DNA of 64,000 nucleotides, from positions 384,001 through 448,000 of the forward strand of contig CAVSGM010000011.1 of NCBI GenBank assembly GCA_963727485.1, given 5' to 3'. Positions 1 through 13,234 of the stretch are shown here, piece after piece; position 1 is the first letter of the stretch, and each line of letters starts with the position of its first letter. The notes beneath the pieces were generated by a model. The model was given only the letters and a program-made list of their open reading frames with translations, made no database searches and was not told where the DNA came from. This DNA comes from an uncultured delta proteobacterium. Its GTDB lineage: Bacteria; Myxococcota; Myxococcia; SLRQ01. The position numbers and the translations under genes were made by a program.

Positions 1-70
1 CTTCCTGCGCGCCTCCGGGACCCCGGGGGCGCGCGCCATTCGGGCCCCCGCCCCAAGGACCCAGGCTCCC

Positions 71-1516
71 GTGACCAAGGCCCCCGAGCACGACCCCGAG
101 ACCGCCCCCATCCTCTCGGTGGTCATGCCCGCCTACAACGAGATCCTCACCATCCGGGAGATCCTCCGGCGGGTCGACGCGGTGCCGGTGGACAAGGAGA
201 TCCTCGTCGTCGACGACGGGTCCTCCGACGGCACCCGCGAGCTGCTCACCGAGCTCGAACGGCGCTGGCCCGAGGAGCGCCACCCCTACACGCGCCTGCG
301 GGTCTTCCTTCAGCCCGAGAACGGCGGCAAGGGCAAGGCCCTGCGCACCGGCATCGCCCAGGCCCGGGGCCAGGTCACGGTGATCCAGGACGCCGACCTC
401 GAGTACGACCCGAACGACTACCCCAAGCTCATCGACCCCATCCTCCAGGGCGAGGCCGACGTGGTCTACGGCTCGCGGTTCACCGGGACGCCCCGGCGCG
501 TGCTCTTCTACTGGCACTCCCTGGGCAACCGCCTGCTGACCACGGTGAGCAACATGCTCACCGACCTCAACCTCACGGACATGGAGACCTGCTACAAGGC
601 CTTCCGCACCGAGGCCATCCAGGCCATCCCCCTGCGCGAGGACCGCTTCGGCTTCGAGCCCGAGGTCACCGCCAAGATCGCCAAGCTGGGCCTGCGGATC
701 TACGAGGTCCCCGTCAGCTACCACGGCCGCTCCTACGCCGAGGGCAAGAAGATCGGCTGGCGCGACGGGGTCGAGGCCTTCCGGGTGATGTTCCGCTACC
801 AGCTCCACGACGACGTGGACCCGGAGAGGGTGGGGCACCGGACCCTGGAGATCCTCAAGGCCGGCGCCTACAACCGCTGGCTCTTCCAGCAGCTCCGGCC
901 CCACCTCGGCCGCCGGGTCCTGGAGGTGGGCAGCGGCATCGGCAACCTCACCGAGCAGCTCCTCGACCGGGAGCAGGTCGTCGCCACCGACATCGACCCC
1001 GAGCACCTCCGGCGCCTCGAGGCCCGGGTGGGGCGCTTCGAGAACGCCGAGATCCACCCCTTCGACCTCGAGGCGCCCCCGCCGCCCGAGGTGGTCGCCG
1101 CCCGGTGTGACACCGCCCTGTGCGTGAACGTCCTCGAGCACATCGAGGACGACGCCGCGGCCCTCGCCCACATCCGCGAGGCGCTGGCCCCCGAGGGGCG
1201 CCTGGTGCTCCTGGTCCCGGCCCACCCCTTCGCCTACGGCACCCTGGACCAGGGGCTGGGGCACTTCCGCCGCTACGACCGCCGGGCGCTCTCCGACGTC
1301 CTGGCCCGGGCCGGGTTCGTGGTGGAGTCCATGGAGAGCCTCAACGCCGTGGGGCTCGCCGGCTGGTGGCTCAACAGCCGGGTGGCGCGCCGCGCCCTCA
1401 TCCCCGAGGGCCAGGCCCGGTTCGTGGACGAGCTCATCCCCTGGCTGGAGGTGGAGCGCCGTCTCGACCTCCCGGTGGGGCTCTCGCTGGTCGCCGTGGC
1501 CCGGGCCGCGCCTTGA
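71..1516 (+). CDS. Bifunctional family-2 glycosyltransferase (DPM1/ArnC-like) fused to a class I SAM-dependent methyltransferase
   Basis: N-terminal VVMPAYNE, VVDDGSSDGT, NGGKGKA, IQDADLEYDP, VYGSRF and DMETCYK motifs; C-terminal VLEVGSGIG (SAM motif I), NVLEHIEDD and GHFRRY. Confidence 0.9.
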   Translation: MTKAPEHDPETAPILSVVMPAYNEILTIREILRRVDAVPVDKEILVVDDGSSDGTRELLTELERRWPEERHPYTRLRVFLQPENGGKGKALRTGIAQARGQVTVIQDADLEYDPNDYPKLIDPILQGEADVVYGSRFTGTPRRVLFYWHSLGNRLLTTVSNMLTDLNLTDMETCYKAFRTEAIQAIPLREDRFGFEPEVTAKIAKLGLRIYEVPVSYHGRSYAEGKKIGWRDGVEAFRVMFRYQLHDDVDPERVGHRTLEILKAGAYNRWLFQQLRPHLGRRVLEVGSGIGNLTEQLLDREQVVATDIDPEHLRRLEARVGRFENAEIHPFDLEAPPPPEVVAARCDTALCVNVLEHIEDDAAALAHIREALAPEGRLVLLVPAHPFAYGTLDQGLGHFRRYDRRALSDVLARAGFVVESMESLNAVGLAGWWLNSRVARRALIPEGQARFVDELIPWLEVERRLDLPVGLSLVAVARAAP

Positions 1517-1541
1517 CTTTCCCGGGGGGCGCGGCTACGAA
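1513..1541 (+). promoter_or_regulatory. Putative sigma70 promoter for mglC-aroQ-efp
   Basis: TTGACT (1513-1518), 17-bp spacer, TACGAA (1536-1541, imperfect -10); AAGGAG SD upstream of ATG 1580. Confidence 0.4.
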
Positions 1542-1579
1542 CGCCGCACTTGGTCCCGGCCACTGACGAAGGAGCCGCC

Positions 1580-1952
1580 ATGGGTTTCCGCGAGCATCTG
1601 GAGGAGATGGTACGCGGCGTCGACGGCGCCGTCGCTGCCAGTGTCATGGGTTTCGACGGCATCGCCATCGACACCGTCGAGACCGGTGTGGAGGGGGCGG
1701 CCTCGGCCCTGGACATCCCCACCATGCTCATCGAGTACACCAACATCTTGAGCCAGCTCCGGCAGGCCGCCGAGGTCCTGGAGTCGGGGAACGTGGTGGA
1801 GCTCTCCATCGGCACCGAGAAGCTCACCACCCTGGCCCGGGCGCTCACCGACGAGTACTTCGCCGTCCTCGCCGTGGCCCCGGAGGCGAGCCTGGGCAAG
1901 GCCCGCTACGTCCTCCGCGATCAACGCCCCCAAGATCAAGGCGGAGCTCTAG
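1580..1952 (+). CDS. mglC: Roadblock/LC7 protein, MglC-like polarity protein (one extra base near 1918-1919)
   Basis: MGFREHLE..VDGAVAASVMGFDGIAIDT..EYTNILSQLRQAAEVL..GKARYVLR resembles M. xanthus MglC; removing one base restores INAPKIKAEL-TAG (1950-1952); lies upstream of efp/accBC/sgmX. Confidence 0.85.
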
Positions 1953-1978
1953 GCCACGGGCGCCGGCTCCGACGAACC

Positions 1979-2458
1979 TTGAAGGTCCTCGTGCTACACG
2001 GTCCCAACCTCGATCTCCTGGGGCGCCGGGACCCGGCCCACTACGGCCGCGAGACCCTCGACCAGATCGACGGCCACCTCGCCGAGGTGGCCCGGACCCG
2101 CGGCGCCGAGGTGGACTCGCGCCAGTCGAACCGCGAGGGCGAGCTCATCGAGGCCCTCCACCAGGCCGCCTTCGGGGGCGAGGGCGGCGGCCCCACCGTC
2201 GCCGCCGTGGTGCTGAATCCCGGCGGCTACGCCCACACCTCGGTCGCCCTCCGGGACGCCGTGGAGGCCGCCGTGGCCTCCGGTCTCCCGGTGGTCGAGG
2301 TGCACCTCTCGAACGTCCACGCCCGCGAGCCCTTCCGGCAGCGCCTCCTCACCGGGAGCGCCGCCAGCGGGGTGGTCACCGGCCTCGGCGCCCTCTCCTA
2401 CGAGACGGGCCTGATGGCCGCCCTGACCCTCGCGGACAAACCCACCCAAGGAGCCTGA
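1979..2458 (+). CDS. aroQ: Type II 3-dehydroquinate dehydratase
   Basis: TTG start; VLVLHGPNLDLLGRR..YG, QSNREGELI, NPGGYAHTSVALRDA, EVHLSNVHAREPFR. Confidence 0.92.
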   Translation: MKVLVLHGPNLDLLGRRDPAHYGRETLDQIDGHLAEVARTRGAEVDSRQSNREGELIEALHQAAFGGEGGGPTVAAVVLNPGGYAHTSVALRDAVEAAVASGLPVVEVHLSNVHAREPFRQRLLTGSAASGVVTGLGALSYETGLMAALTLADKPTQGA

Positions 2459-2461
2459 TCG

Positions 2462-3023
2462 ATGTTGTCCACCACCGACTTCCGCAAGGGACTCAAGCTG
2501 ATGATCGAGGGCCAGCCCTGCATCATCATCGACTTCCAGCACGTCAAGCCCGGCAAGGGCGGGGCCTTCGTGCGTACCAAGTGGCGCAACATCCTCACCG
2601 GCAACGTGAACGAGCGGAACTTCCGCTCCGGTGACAAGTTCGACAAGCCCGACCTCGAAGAGAAGACCATGCAGTACCTCTACGTCGAGGGCGACAACTT
2701 CTACTTCATGGACACCAGCACCTACGAGCAGACGTTCATCACCCGGGCGGCCCTGGGCGATGCCACCAACTTCCTCAAGGAGAACATCGAGTGCTCGGTG
2801 CTCTTCTTCGAGGGGAAGGTCATCGGGGTGGACCTGCCGAACACCGTGGAGCTCCAGAATCACCCAGTGCAATCCCGGGGTGAAGGGCGACACGGTCTCC
2901 GGGGCCACCAAGCCGGCCACGATGGAGACCGGCTACACGGTGAACGTCCCGCTCTTCATCAACGAGGGCGACGTCCTCAGGATCGACACGCGCACCGGCG
3001 AGTACGTCGAGCGCGTGGGTTGA
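2462..3023 (+). CDS. efp: Translation elongation factor P (one extra A near 2858)
   Basis: [26 protein letters not shown]; the C-terminus [40 protein letters not shown] continues in the next frame. Confidence 0.95.
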
Positions 3024-3129
3024 CGACCGGGGGCGTGGCATCCGGCCGCGCCCATCTTTGCACAGGGCGCCCCCCGCGGGCGCCAGGCGGGGCTGGTGGC
3101 GGGGGGCGCCGGGCCCGGGGGTGGACACC

Positions 3130-3597
<468 letters not shown>

Positions 3598-3609
3598 GGG
3601 ACGGCCTCC

Positions 3610-4962
3610 ATGTTCGACAAAATCCTCATCGCCAACCGCGGCGAGATCGCCCTGCGGATCATCCGGGCGGCCCGGGAGATGGGCATCGCCACCGTGGCGG
3701 TCCACTCCACCGCCGACGCCGAGGCGGCCCACGTGCGCTTCGCCGACGAATCGGTGTGCATCGGGCCCGCCCCCTCGGCCCAGAGCTACCTCAACGTCCC
3801 GGCCCTGATGTCGGCGGCGGAGGTCACCGGCGCCGACGCGGTCCACCCGGGCTACGGCTTCCTTTCGGAGAACGCCGAGTTCGCCGAGGTCTGCATCTCC
3901 TGCGGCCTCACCTGGATCGGCCCGCCGCCGGCCGTCATCAAGCTGATGGGCAACAAGGTCCGGGCCCGGGAGGCCATGGCCAAGGCCGGCCTGCCGCTCC
4001 TCCCCGGCTCCCCGGGGCCGCTGTCCAACGTCGCCGAGGCCGAGGCCCTGGCCCAGGAGATCGGCTTCCCGGTGATCCTCAAGGCCTCCGCCGGCGGCGG
4101 CGGCCGGGGGATGAAGATCGTCTGGGACATCGAGCAGCTCGGGCGCGCCTTCCAGACCGCCAGCGCCGAGGCCATGGCCGCCTTCGGCAGCGGCGAGATG
4201 TACCTCGAGCGCTACGTGGAGAAGCCCCGGCACATCGAGATCCAGGTCCTGGGCGACCAGCACGGCAACCTCATCCACCTCGGCGAGCGTGAGTGCTCGG
4301 TCCAGCGCCGCCACCAGAAGCTGGTGGAGGAGTCCCCGTCCGCGGTCATCACCCCGGCGATGCGCAAGAAGATGGGCGACACCACCGTCCGGGCCCTGAA
4401 GAAGGTCGGCTACGAGTCGGTGGGCACGGTGGAGTACCTCCTCGACGAGAACGGGCAGTTCTACTTCATGGAGACCAACACCCGGATCCAGGTGGAGCAC
4501 CCGGTCACCGAGGTGGTCACCGGCATCGACCTGGTCCGGGAGCAGATCCGGGTCGCCACCGGCGAGCCCCTCGGCCGCAAGCAGTCCGACGTGACCTTCC
4601 GGGGCCACGCCATCGAGGTGCGGATCAACGCCGAGGACCCGGTGACCTTCGCCCCCTCGCCGGGGACCATCACCGGCTACCACCCCCCGGGCGGCTTCGG
4701 GGTCCGGGTGGACACGGCGATCTACGAGCAGTACCGGGTCCTGCCCTACTACGACAGCCTCCTGGCCAAGCTCATCGTCTATGGCGAGGATCGGGACGTG
4801 GCCCTGCGGCGGCTCCGGCGGTGCCTCAAGGAGTTCGTGGTCGAGGGGATCTCCACCAACATCGCCTTCCACAAGCGGATCGTCACCAACCCGGCCTTCG
4901 TCGCCGGCGAGTACGACACCCGGCTGGTGGCCCAGATCCTCGCCGAGGACGACGCTGCCTAG
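3610..4962 (+). CDS. accC: Acetyl-CoA carboxylase biotin carboxylase
   Basis: KILIANRGEIA, HPGYGFLSEN, GGGGRGM, ECSVQRRHQK, ETNTRIQVEHPVTE, YYDSLLAKLI. Confidence 0.97.
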   Translation: MFDKILIANRGEIALRIIRAAREMGIATVAVHSTADAEAAHVRFADESVCIGPAPSAQSYLNVPALMSAAEVTGADAVHPGYGFLSENAEFAEVCISCGLTWIGPPPAVIKLMGNKVRAREAMAKAGLPLLPGSPGPLSNVAEAEALAQEIGFPVILKASAGGGGRGMKIVWDIEQLGRAFQTASAEAMAAFGSGEMYLERYVEKPRHIEIQVLGDQHGNLIHLGERECSVQRRHQKLVEESPSAVITPAMRKKMGDTTVRALKKVGYESVGTVEYLLDENGQFYFMETNTRIQVEHPVTEVVTGIDLVREQIRVATGEPLGRKQSDVTFRGHAIEVRINAEDPVTFAPSPGTITGYHPPGGFGVRVDTAIYEQYRVLPYYDSLLAKLIVYGEDRDVALRRLRRCLKEFVVEGISTNIAFHKRIVTNPAFVAGEYDTRLVAQILAEDDAA

Positions 4963-5227
4963 GGCCGCGAAACCCCGCGTTTCAGGTAGGGTTTTGACGC
5001 GGGACCGGGGGTGGGGACTGCCCTTGACGCCCCGGCGGAATCCTTCGGTACCGTGAACCTTGCCGCGCCAGTCGGGGCTGGCTGGGTCGGGGGTTTGCAA
5101 CCACCTGAATTTAGAAGGGTTTCAATGCTCTCGGCCCCCAGGGTCAGCCTCGTCGGAGATGGGCTTCGGGTCGTGGCGCGGCCTGCTGCGTCCGTGAAGG
5201 GTGGGGCGGTCGCCGCCCAAGGCGTCC

Positions 5228-8248
<3,021 letters not shown>

Positions 8249-8266
8249 GGCCGACGAGTGTCACTC

Positions 8267-9208
8267 ATGAACTATCTCGAGTTCTACGGCCTCGGCCAGG
8301 AGCCCTTCTCCAACGCGCCGGTGAGCCGCTTCTACTACAACAGCACCCAGCACGCCGAGGCCCTCCTGCGGCTGATGCACGCCGTGGAGAACATGAAGGG
8401 CCTGGCCATCTGCGTCGGCGACATCGGGCGCGGCAAGACCACGCTGGCCCGGCGGATGCTCGACAACCTCCCGGAGGCCGAGTACGAGGCGGCGCTCCTG
8501 GTGATCATCCACTCGGGCATCACTGCCTCCTGGCTGCTCAAGCGCATCGCCCTCCAGCTCGGGGTCGAGAGCCCCGCCGAGGAGAAGCTGGCGCTGCTCT
8601 CCCAGCTCTACCAGCGCCTGGTCCAGATCTACGAGGAGGGCCGCAAGGCGGTGGTCCTCATCGACGAGGCCCAGATGCTCGCCACCCGGGAGATCATGGA
8701 GGAGTTCCGGGGCCTGCTCAACCTCGAGGTCCCCGAGCGCAAGCTCCTCTCGTTCGTGTTCTTCGGCCTCCCCGAGATCGAGGAGAACCTCAAGCTCGAC
8801 CCGCCGCTGGCCCAGCGGGTGGCCCTCAAGTACCGGCTGGTGCCCTTCGACCTCGCGAGCACCGAGGCCTACGTGAAGCACCGCCTGCGCCTCGCCGGCG
8901 CCTCCCGGGTGCCCTTCGACGCCGAGGCCCTCCAGGTGATCCACCGGTACGCCGGCGGCACCCCCCGGGTCATCAACACCTTCTGCGACAACGCCCTCTT
9001 CGAGGGGTTCGTGGCCCGGCAGGAGACCATCGACGGCAAGCTGATGGAGCGCATCGCCCGGGATCTCGGCCTCCACGAGGCCCTCGAGGCCCAGCAGCGG
9101 ACCACCGCCCAGCGCCAGGCCGGCCTCATCCCCGAGCCCGAGGCCCGGCCCGCCCGGGTCGACCTCGCCGAGATCGACCGCTACCTCGAGTCGCTGAAGA
9201 CCGGCTGA
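8267..9208 (+). CDS. ExeA/GspA-family AAA ATPase
   Basis: YLEFYGL..EPFSNAP, Walker A GDIGRGKTT, Walker B VLIDEAQ, LAQRV, GGTPRVINTFCDNAL. Confidence 0.9.
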   Translation: MNYLEFYGLGQEPFSNAPVSRFYYNSTQHAEALLRLMHAVENMKGLAICVGDIGRGKTTLARRMLDNLPEAEYEAALLVIIHSGITASWLLKRIALQLGVESPAEEKLALLSQLYQRLVQIYEEGRKAVVLIDEAQMLATREIMEEFRGLLNLEVPERKLLSFVFFGLPEIEENLKLDPPLAQRVALKYRLVPFDLASTEAYVKHRLRLAGASRVPFDAEALQVIHRYAGGTPRVINTFCDNALFEGFVARQETIDGKLMERIARDLGLHEALEAQQRTTAQRQAGLIPEPEARPARVDLAEIDRYLESLKTG

Positions 9209-9318
9209 GAGGGGCCGCCAGGGCCGGAAAGGCCCTGGAAAACCTGGAGATCCGGGGCGCCTGAGCGCTAGAATACCGGGCCGCACCCGCGCGGCCCCGG
9301 ATCCGTGGGCCCTCCTCG

Positions 9319-12300
9319 ATGCGCCGTCGTCTCGCCATCGCCTTTCTCGCCTCGGTGGTCGGCCTCGTGGCCGCCGCCGTGGCCTTCGTGCGCACCCAGG
9401 CAGCCGGGGACCTCACCTGTGACTACCTGATGCGCGAAGGCTCCCGGCGCCTCGGGGGCACGGTCACCATCGGGCGCTGCGACATCCACCCGTTGCGGGT
9501 CGAGCTGGTCCTCCACCGGGTCAAGGTGGTGGTGCCCGAAGCGGGCGTCACCGCCACCGCCCGGCGCGTCGACGCCCGGCTCCGGGAGCTCCAGGGCATC
9601 GGCGGCAAGCTCACCCTCGACCGGCTCGAGGTCGCCCAGCCGGTGATCGAGATCCGACCGCCGGCCGGGCCGCCCCGGTCCACGCCGCCCTCGTCCACGC
9701 CGACCTGCGAGGCGCCGCGGCTGCCCTTCCGTCTCCTCGCCGGGGCCGTCCGGGGGGCGCGGGTGGACGTGGTCCTCCCGGACGGGCGGGCGGTCCACGC
9801 CCGGGACCTGACCCTCCTCACCACCGGGGACGGCCCGGTGCAGCGTCTCCGGCTCACCGCCGGGCGGGTCGCGATCCATGACGATGGCGACCGGCTCGCC
9901 ACCTCGGTGGAGGCGCGGCTCCAGGTCGACCCCAGCGTCCCCGAGGTCCGGGTCGACGCCCTCTCCGCCGAGAGCGGGGACCTGCGGGTGGGGCTCAAGG
10001 GCACCGCCCGGGACCTCTGCCACCCGCGCCTCGACGCCACCGTCGCCGCCACCGGCTCCCTGGCCCGGCTCTTCGAGGCCCTGCATCTCCCCGACGCGGA
10101 CGAGGTCTCGGGGCGGGTCGCCCTCACCGGGCGCGTCAGCGGCGCCGCCACCCACCCCGACGCCACCGGGAGCCTCGAGGTGGTCGACGGGCGGGTGGGC
10201 CACTTCCGCGTGGGCAACGCCCGGGTCGAGGGCTCGGTCCACGGGGACCGGATCGAGCTCGCCAAGGTGCACACCGATGCCATCGGCGGGACGGCGGACG
10301 CCCGGGCCAGCATCCTCCTGGCGCCGGGGCTTCCCACCACCGTCACCGCCTCCGCCCGGGGCGCCTCCCTCGAGGGCCTGGTCTCGGCCCTCGGCGAGCC
10401 CGGGAGCTGGGCCGGGGGCCACCTGGAGGTCCACGCCTCGGTCACCGGCACCCTGGCCCCGGTGCACCTCGCCGGCGACGCGCGGGTGGACCTCAAGGGC
10501 TTCCAGGTCCTGGACCGCAGCGTCTACCGGGGTCCGGCCACCGACGACGACACCATCCTCACCCTGCCGCCGACCCGCATCGACGGGTCGGTGGTCTTCA
10601 GCGCCGGGGGCGTCGACGTGCCCCGGGCGCGGATCCGCCTGGCGCGCTCCGAGGCCGTCGCCCGGGGCCACTTCCCCTTCGACCTCGACCACGACCTCGA
10701 CGTGGACGTGGACCTCGACCATGTCGACCTCGCGGAGATCGACCGGATCGCCGATCTCCCGTTCCGGGGCCAGCTCGACGGCAAGACCCACCTCGGCGGG
10801 GTCTACAACAGCCCCCTCATCGACGGCCACGCCGAGGTGCGGGGCTTGGTCTTCGACGGCCTCGACGCCGGGGTGGGCTACGCCGACGTCCACTACGCCG
10901 ACCGGGTTCTCTCCCTGACCCAGGCCCACGGCCAGCGCGGGCGCACCGCCTACAGCCTCGACCGGTTCTCGGTGCGCCTCAAGCCCTCGCCGGTGAAGAT
11001 GGACATCCAGGTGAGCAGCGACGACGGCCGGGTGGAGGACGTGGTCGACGCGCTCCAGGACTTCCACCCCCTGGCGAAGCGCTTCCTCGGCGCCCGGGGG
11101 CGCCTCCACGGGATGGTGCACCTCACCGGCGTGAAGAAGACCCTGACCACCACCGTCGACGCCACCGCCACCGACGGGGTCCTCTTCGGCCAGCACTACC
11201 AGCGGGTGCGCATCCGCGGGAAGCTGGCGCGGCGCCAGCGCTATGAGCTCGACGAGGTGGTGGCGAACCTCGACACCGGCAGCCGCCTGCTGGTGCGGGG
11301 CTACGCGGTGGACGGCGGGCCGCTGGGCCTCTCCGTGAGCGCCCGCAACGTCCCGGTGAAGACCCTGCAGCCCCTGGCCCACCTGCCGATCTCCGGGCAG
11401 CTCTCCGGGGACCTGGTGGTCGGAGGCACCTGGGACCACCCCAAGGCCAGCGGCGGGGCGTCGCTCCTCGCGGGCGCCTGGCACGGGGTGACGCTGCGGC
11501 CGATGCGCCTCCAGATCGGCCTCGACGGCACCCGGCTCCACCTCGCCGGCCAGCTCTCGGGCAAGGCCATCACCGGCACCGCCGATCTCGACCTCGGCCG
11601 ACCCCACCGGTTCCAGGTGGACCTCGCCGTCCAGGAGCCCACCCTCACCCGGTGGATCCCCCCGGCCACAGTCCTGCCCAAGCAGCTCCAGGGCTGGCAG
11701 GGCGAGGCGGCCGGGCACCTGGTCCTCTCCGGCGTCCTCGGGGCGCCGGGGAGCTACGCCGGATCCGTCGACCTCTCGCGCTTCGCGGTGCACAAGGGGG
11801 AGCTCCAGCGTCGCCGCCGACGGGCCGGTGAAGCTCTCGGTGGCGGCCGGCACCACCACCATCGGCCACCTGGTCCTCGCCGGGCCCCGGTCCAAGCTCA
11901 CCATCACCGGTGCCCGGGGCCCCCGGGGCGACCTCGACCTCGCCCTCCAGGGCGGCGCCGACCTCAAGCTCCTGGAGACCTGGCTGCCCCGGGTGGAGCA
12001 CGCCGGCGGGGTCCTCCAGATGCAGGCCACCGTCTCCGGGACCTTCCGGGATCCGGTGATGGTGGGCTCGGCCCACGTGCAGGACGCCAGCGTCACCGTG
12101 GCCGGGGCGCCGCTGGCGGTCAGCCAGGTCTCCGGGGACGTGGCCTTCTCCCAGAACCGGGTCCTCCTCGAGGGGCTCACCGGCGTCGCCGGCCGGGGCC
12201 GGGTCCAGATCGGCGGCGAGCTCTCGCTCCGGCGCTTCCTCCCCGAGAAGCTCCGCCTCGCCGCCCAGGTCGACGGGGTCCACCTCGACCTCCCCGAGGG

Positions 12301-13234
12301 GCTCCACTCCACCGTGGGCGGAGAGGTCTACGTCGACGGCGCCCCCGACGACCTGGCGCTCACCGGGGAGCTCGAGGTGCAGCGGGCCCGGTGGCGGCGG
12401 GACGTGGACATCGACCAGCTCCTGCCCACCATCCGGCGGAAGGTGGCGGCGGTGCCGGCGGCCCAGACGCCCTGGCTCCGGCTCGACCTGGGCCTCCACG
12501 CCCCGGGCACCATCCGGGTGGAGAACCGCAACCTCACCGCCACCCTCCGGGCCAACCTGCGGCTCACCGGGGACGACGTCCACCACGGGCTGGTGGGCAC
12601 GGTGACCCTCCTCGACGGACGGGCCAACTTCCGCGGCAACGAGTACACGATCACCCAGGCCGGGGCCGACTTCAAGGACCGGGAGCACATCGTCCCCAAC
12701 TTCGACGTGCAGGCGTTCACCGACATCCGGGACTACCGGGTGACCATCCACGCCTTTGGCACCCCCGACGATCCCCGGGTGGTGTTCAACTCCGATCCCC
12801 AGCTCCCCGAGAGCGACCTCATCACCCTGGTCACCCTGGGGGTCACCTCCAGGGACGCCGAGGGGATCGGGAGCAGCGACGCGGCGGCGGCGGCCGCGGA
12901 CGCCATCTTCGCGGTCTCGGGCCTCGACCAGAAGGTCCGCTCGTTCATCCCCAAGAACCCCATCCTCCGCGACCCGACGGTGCGCCTCACCAGCGGCTGG
13001 TCCAGCGGCACCGGCCAGGTGGAGCCGCGGCTGGCCTTCGAGTCGCACCTGTTCACCAAGGCGCTCAAGCTCCGGTACTCCGCGCCCATCGGGGTGCCCG
13101 GCCAGACCACCGAGGCCGAGTACCGGATCAACAAGACGGTGAGCCTCCAGGCCGAGTGGGACACCGAGAGCCGCCAGGCGACCTCGGTGGGCGACATCGG
13201 TCTCGATCTCAAGCTCCGCTGGGAGGGCGAGTGA
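9319..13234 (+). CDS. tamB: TamB/AsmA-like (DUF490) periplasmic bridge protein, copy 1 (one extra base at about 11796-11806)
   Basis: N-terminal membrane anchor, long run of amphipathic beta-strands, C-terminal DUF490-like region (PRVVFNSDPQLPESDLITLVTLG..EYRIN..DIGLDLKLRWE); about 1305 codons once the frame is repaired. Confidence 0.8.

Noticed and set aside
1550..2458. Apparent Roadblock-AroQ fusion protein (302 aa)
   Set aside because: Caused by one extra base near 1918; repair gives a normal MglC ending at 1952 and a separate aroQ from 1979
2850..2870. Programmed ribosomal frameshifting in efp and the other split genes
   Set aside because: No slippery heptamers; the same +1 lesion in eight unrelated genes is better explained by sequencing error
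4963..5227. Possible ncRNA or riboswitch in the accC-sgmX gap
   Set aside because: No recognisable RNA family by eye; only promoter-like and IHF-like motifs. An Infernal/Rfam scan would be needed
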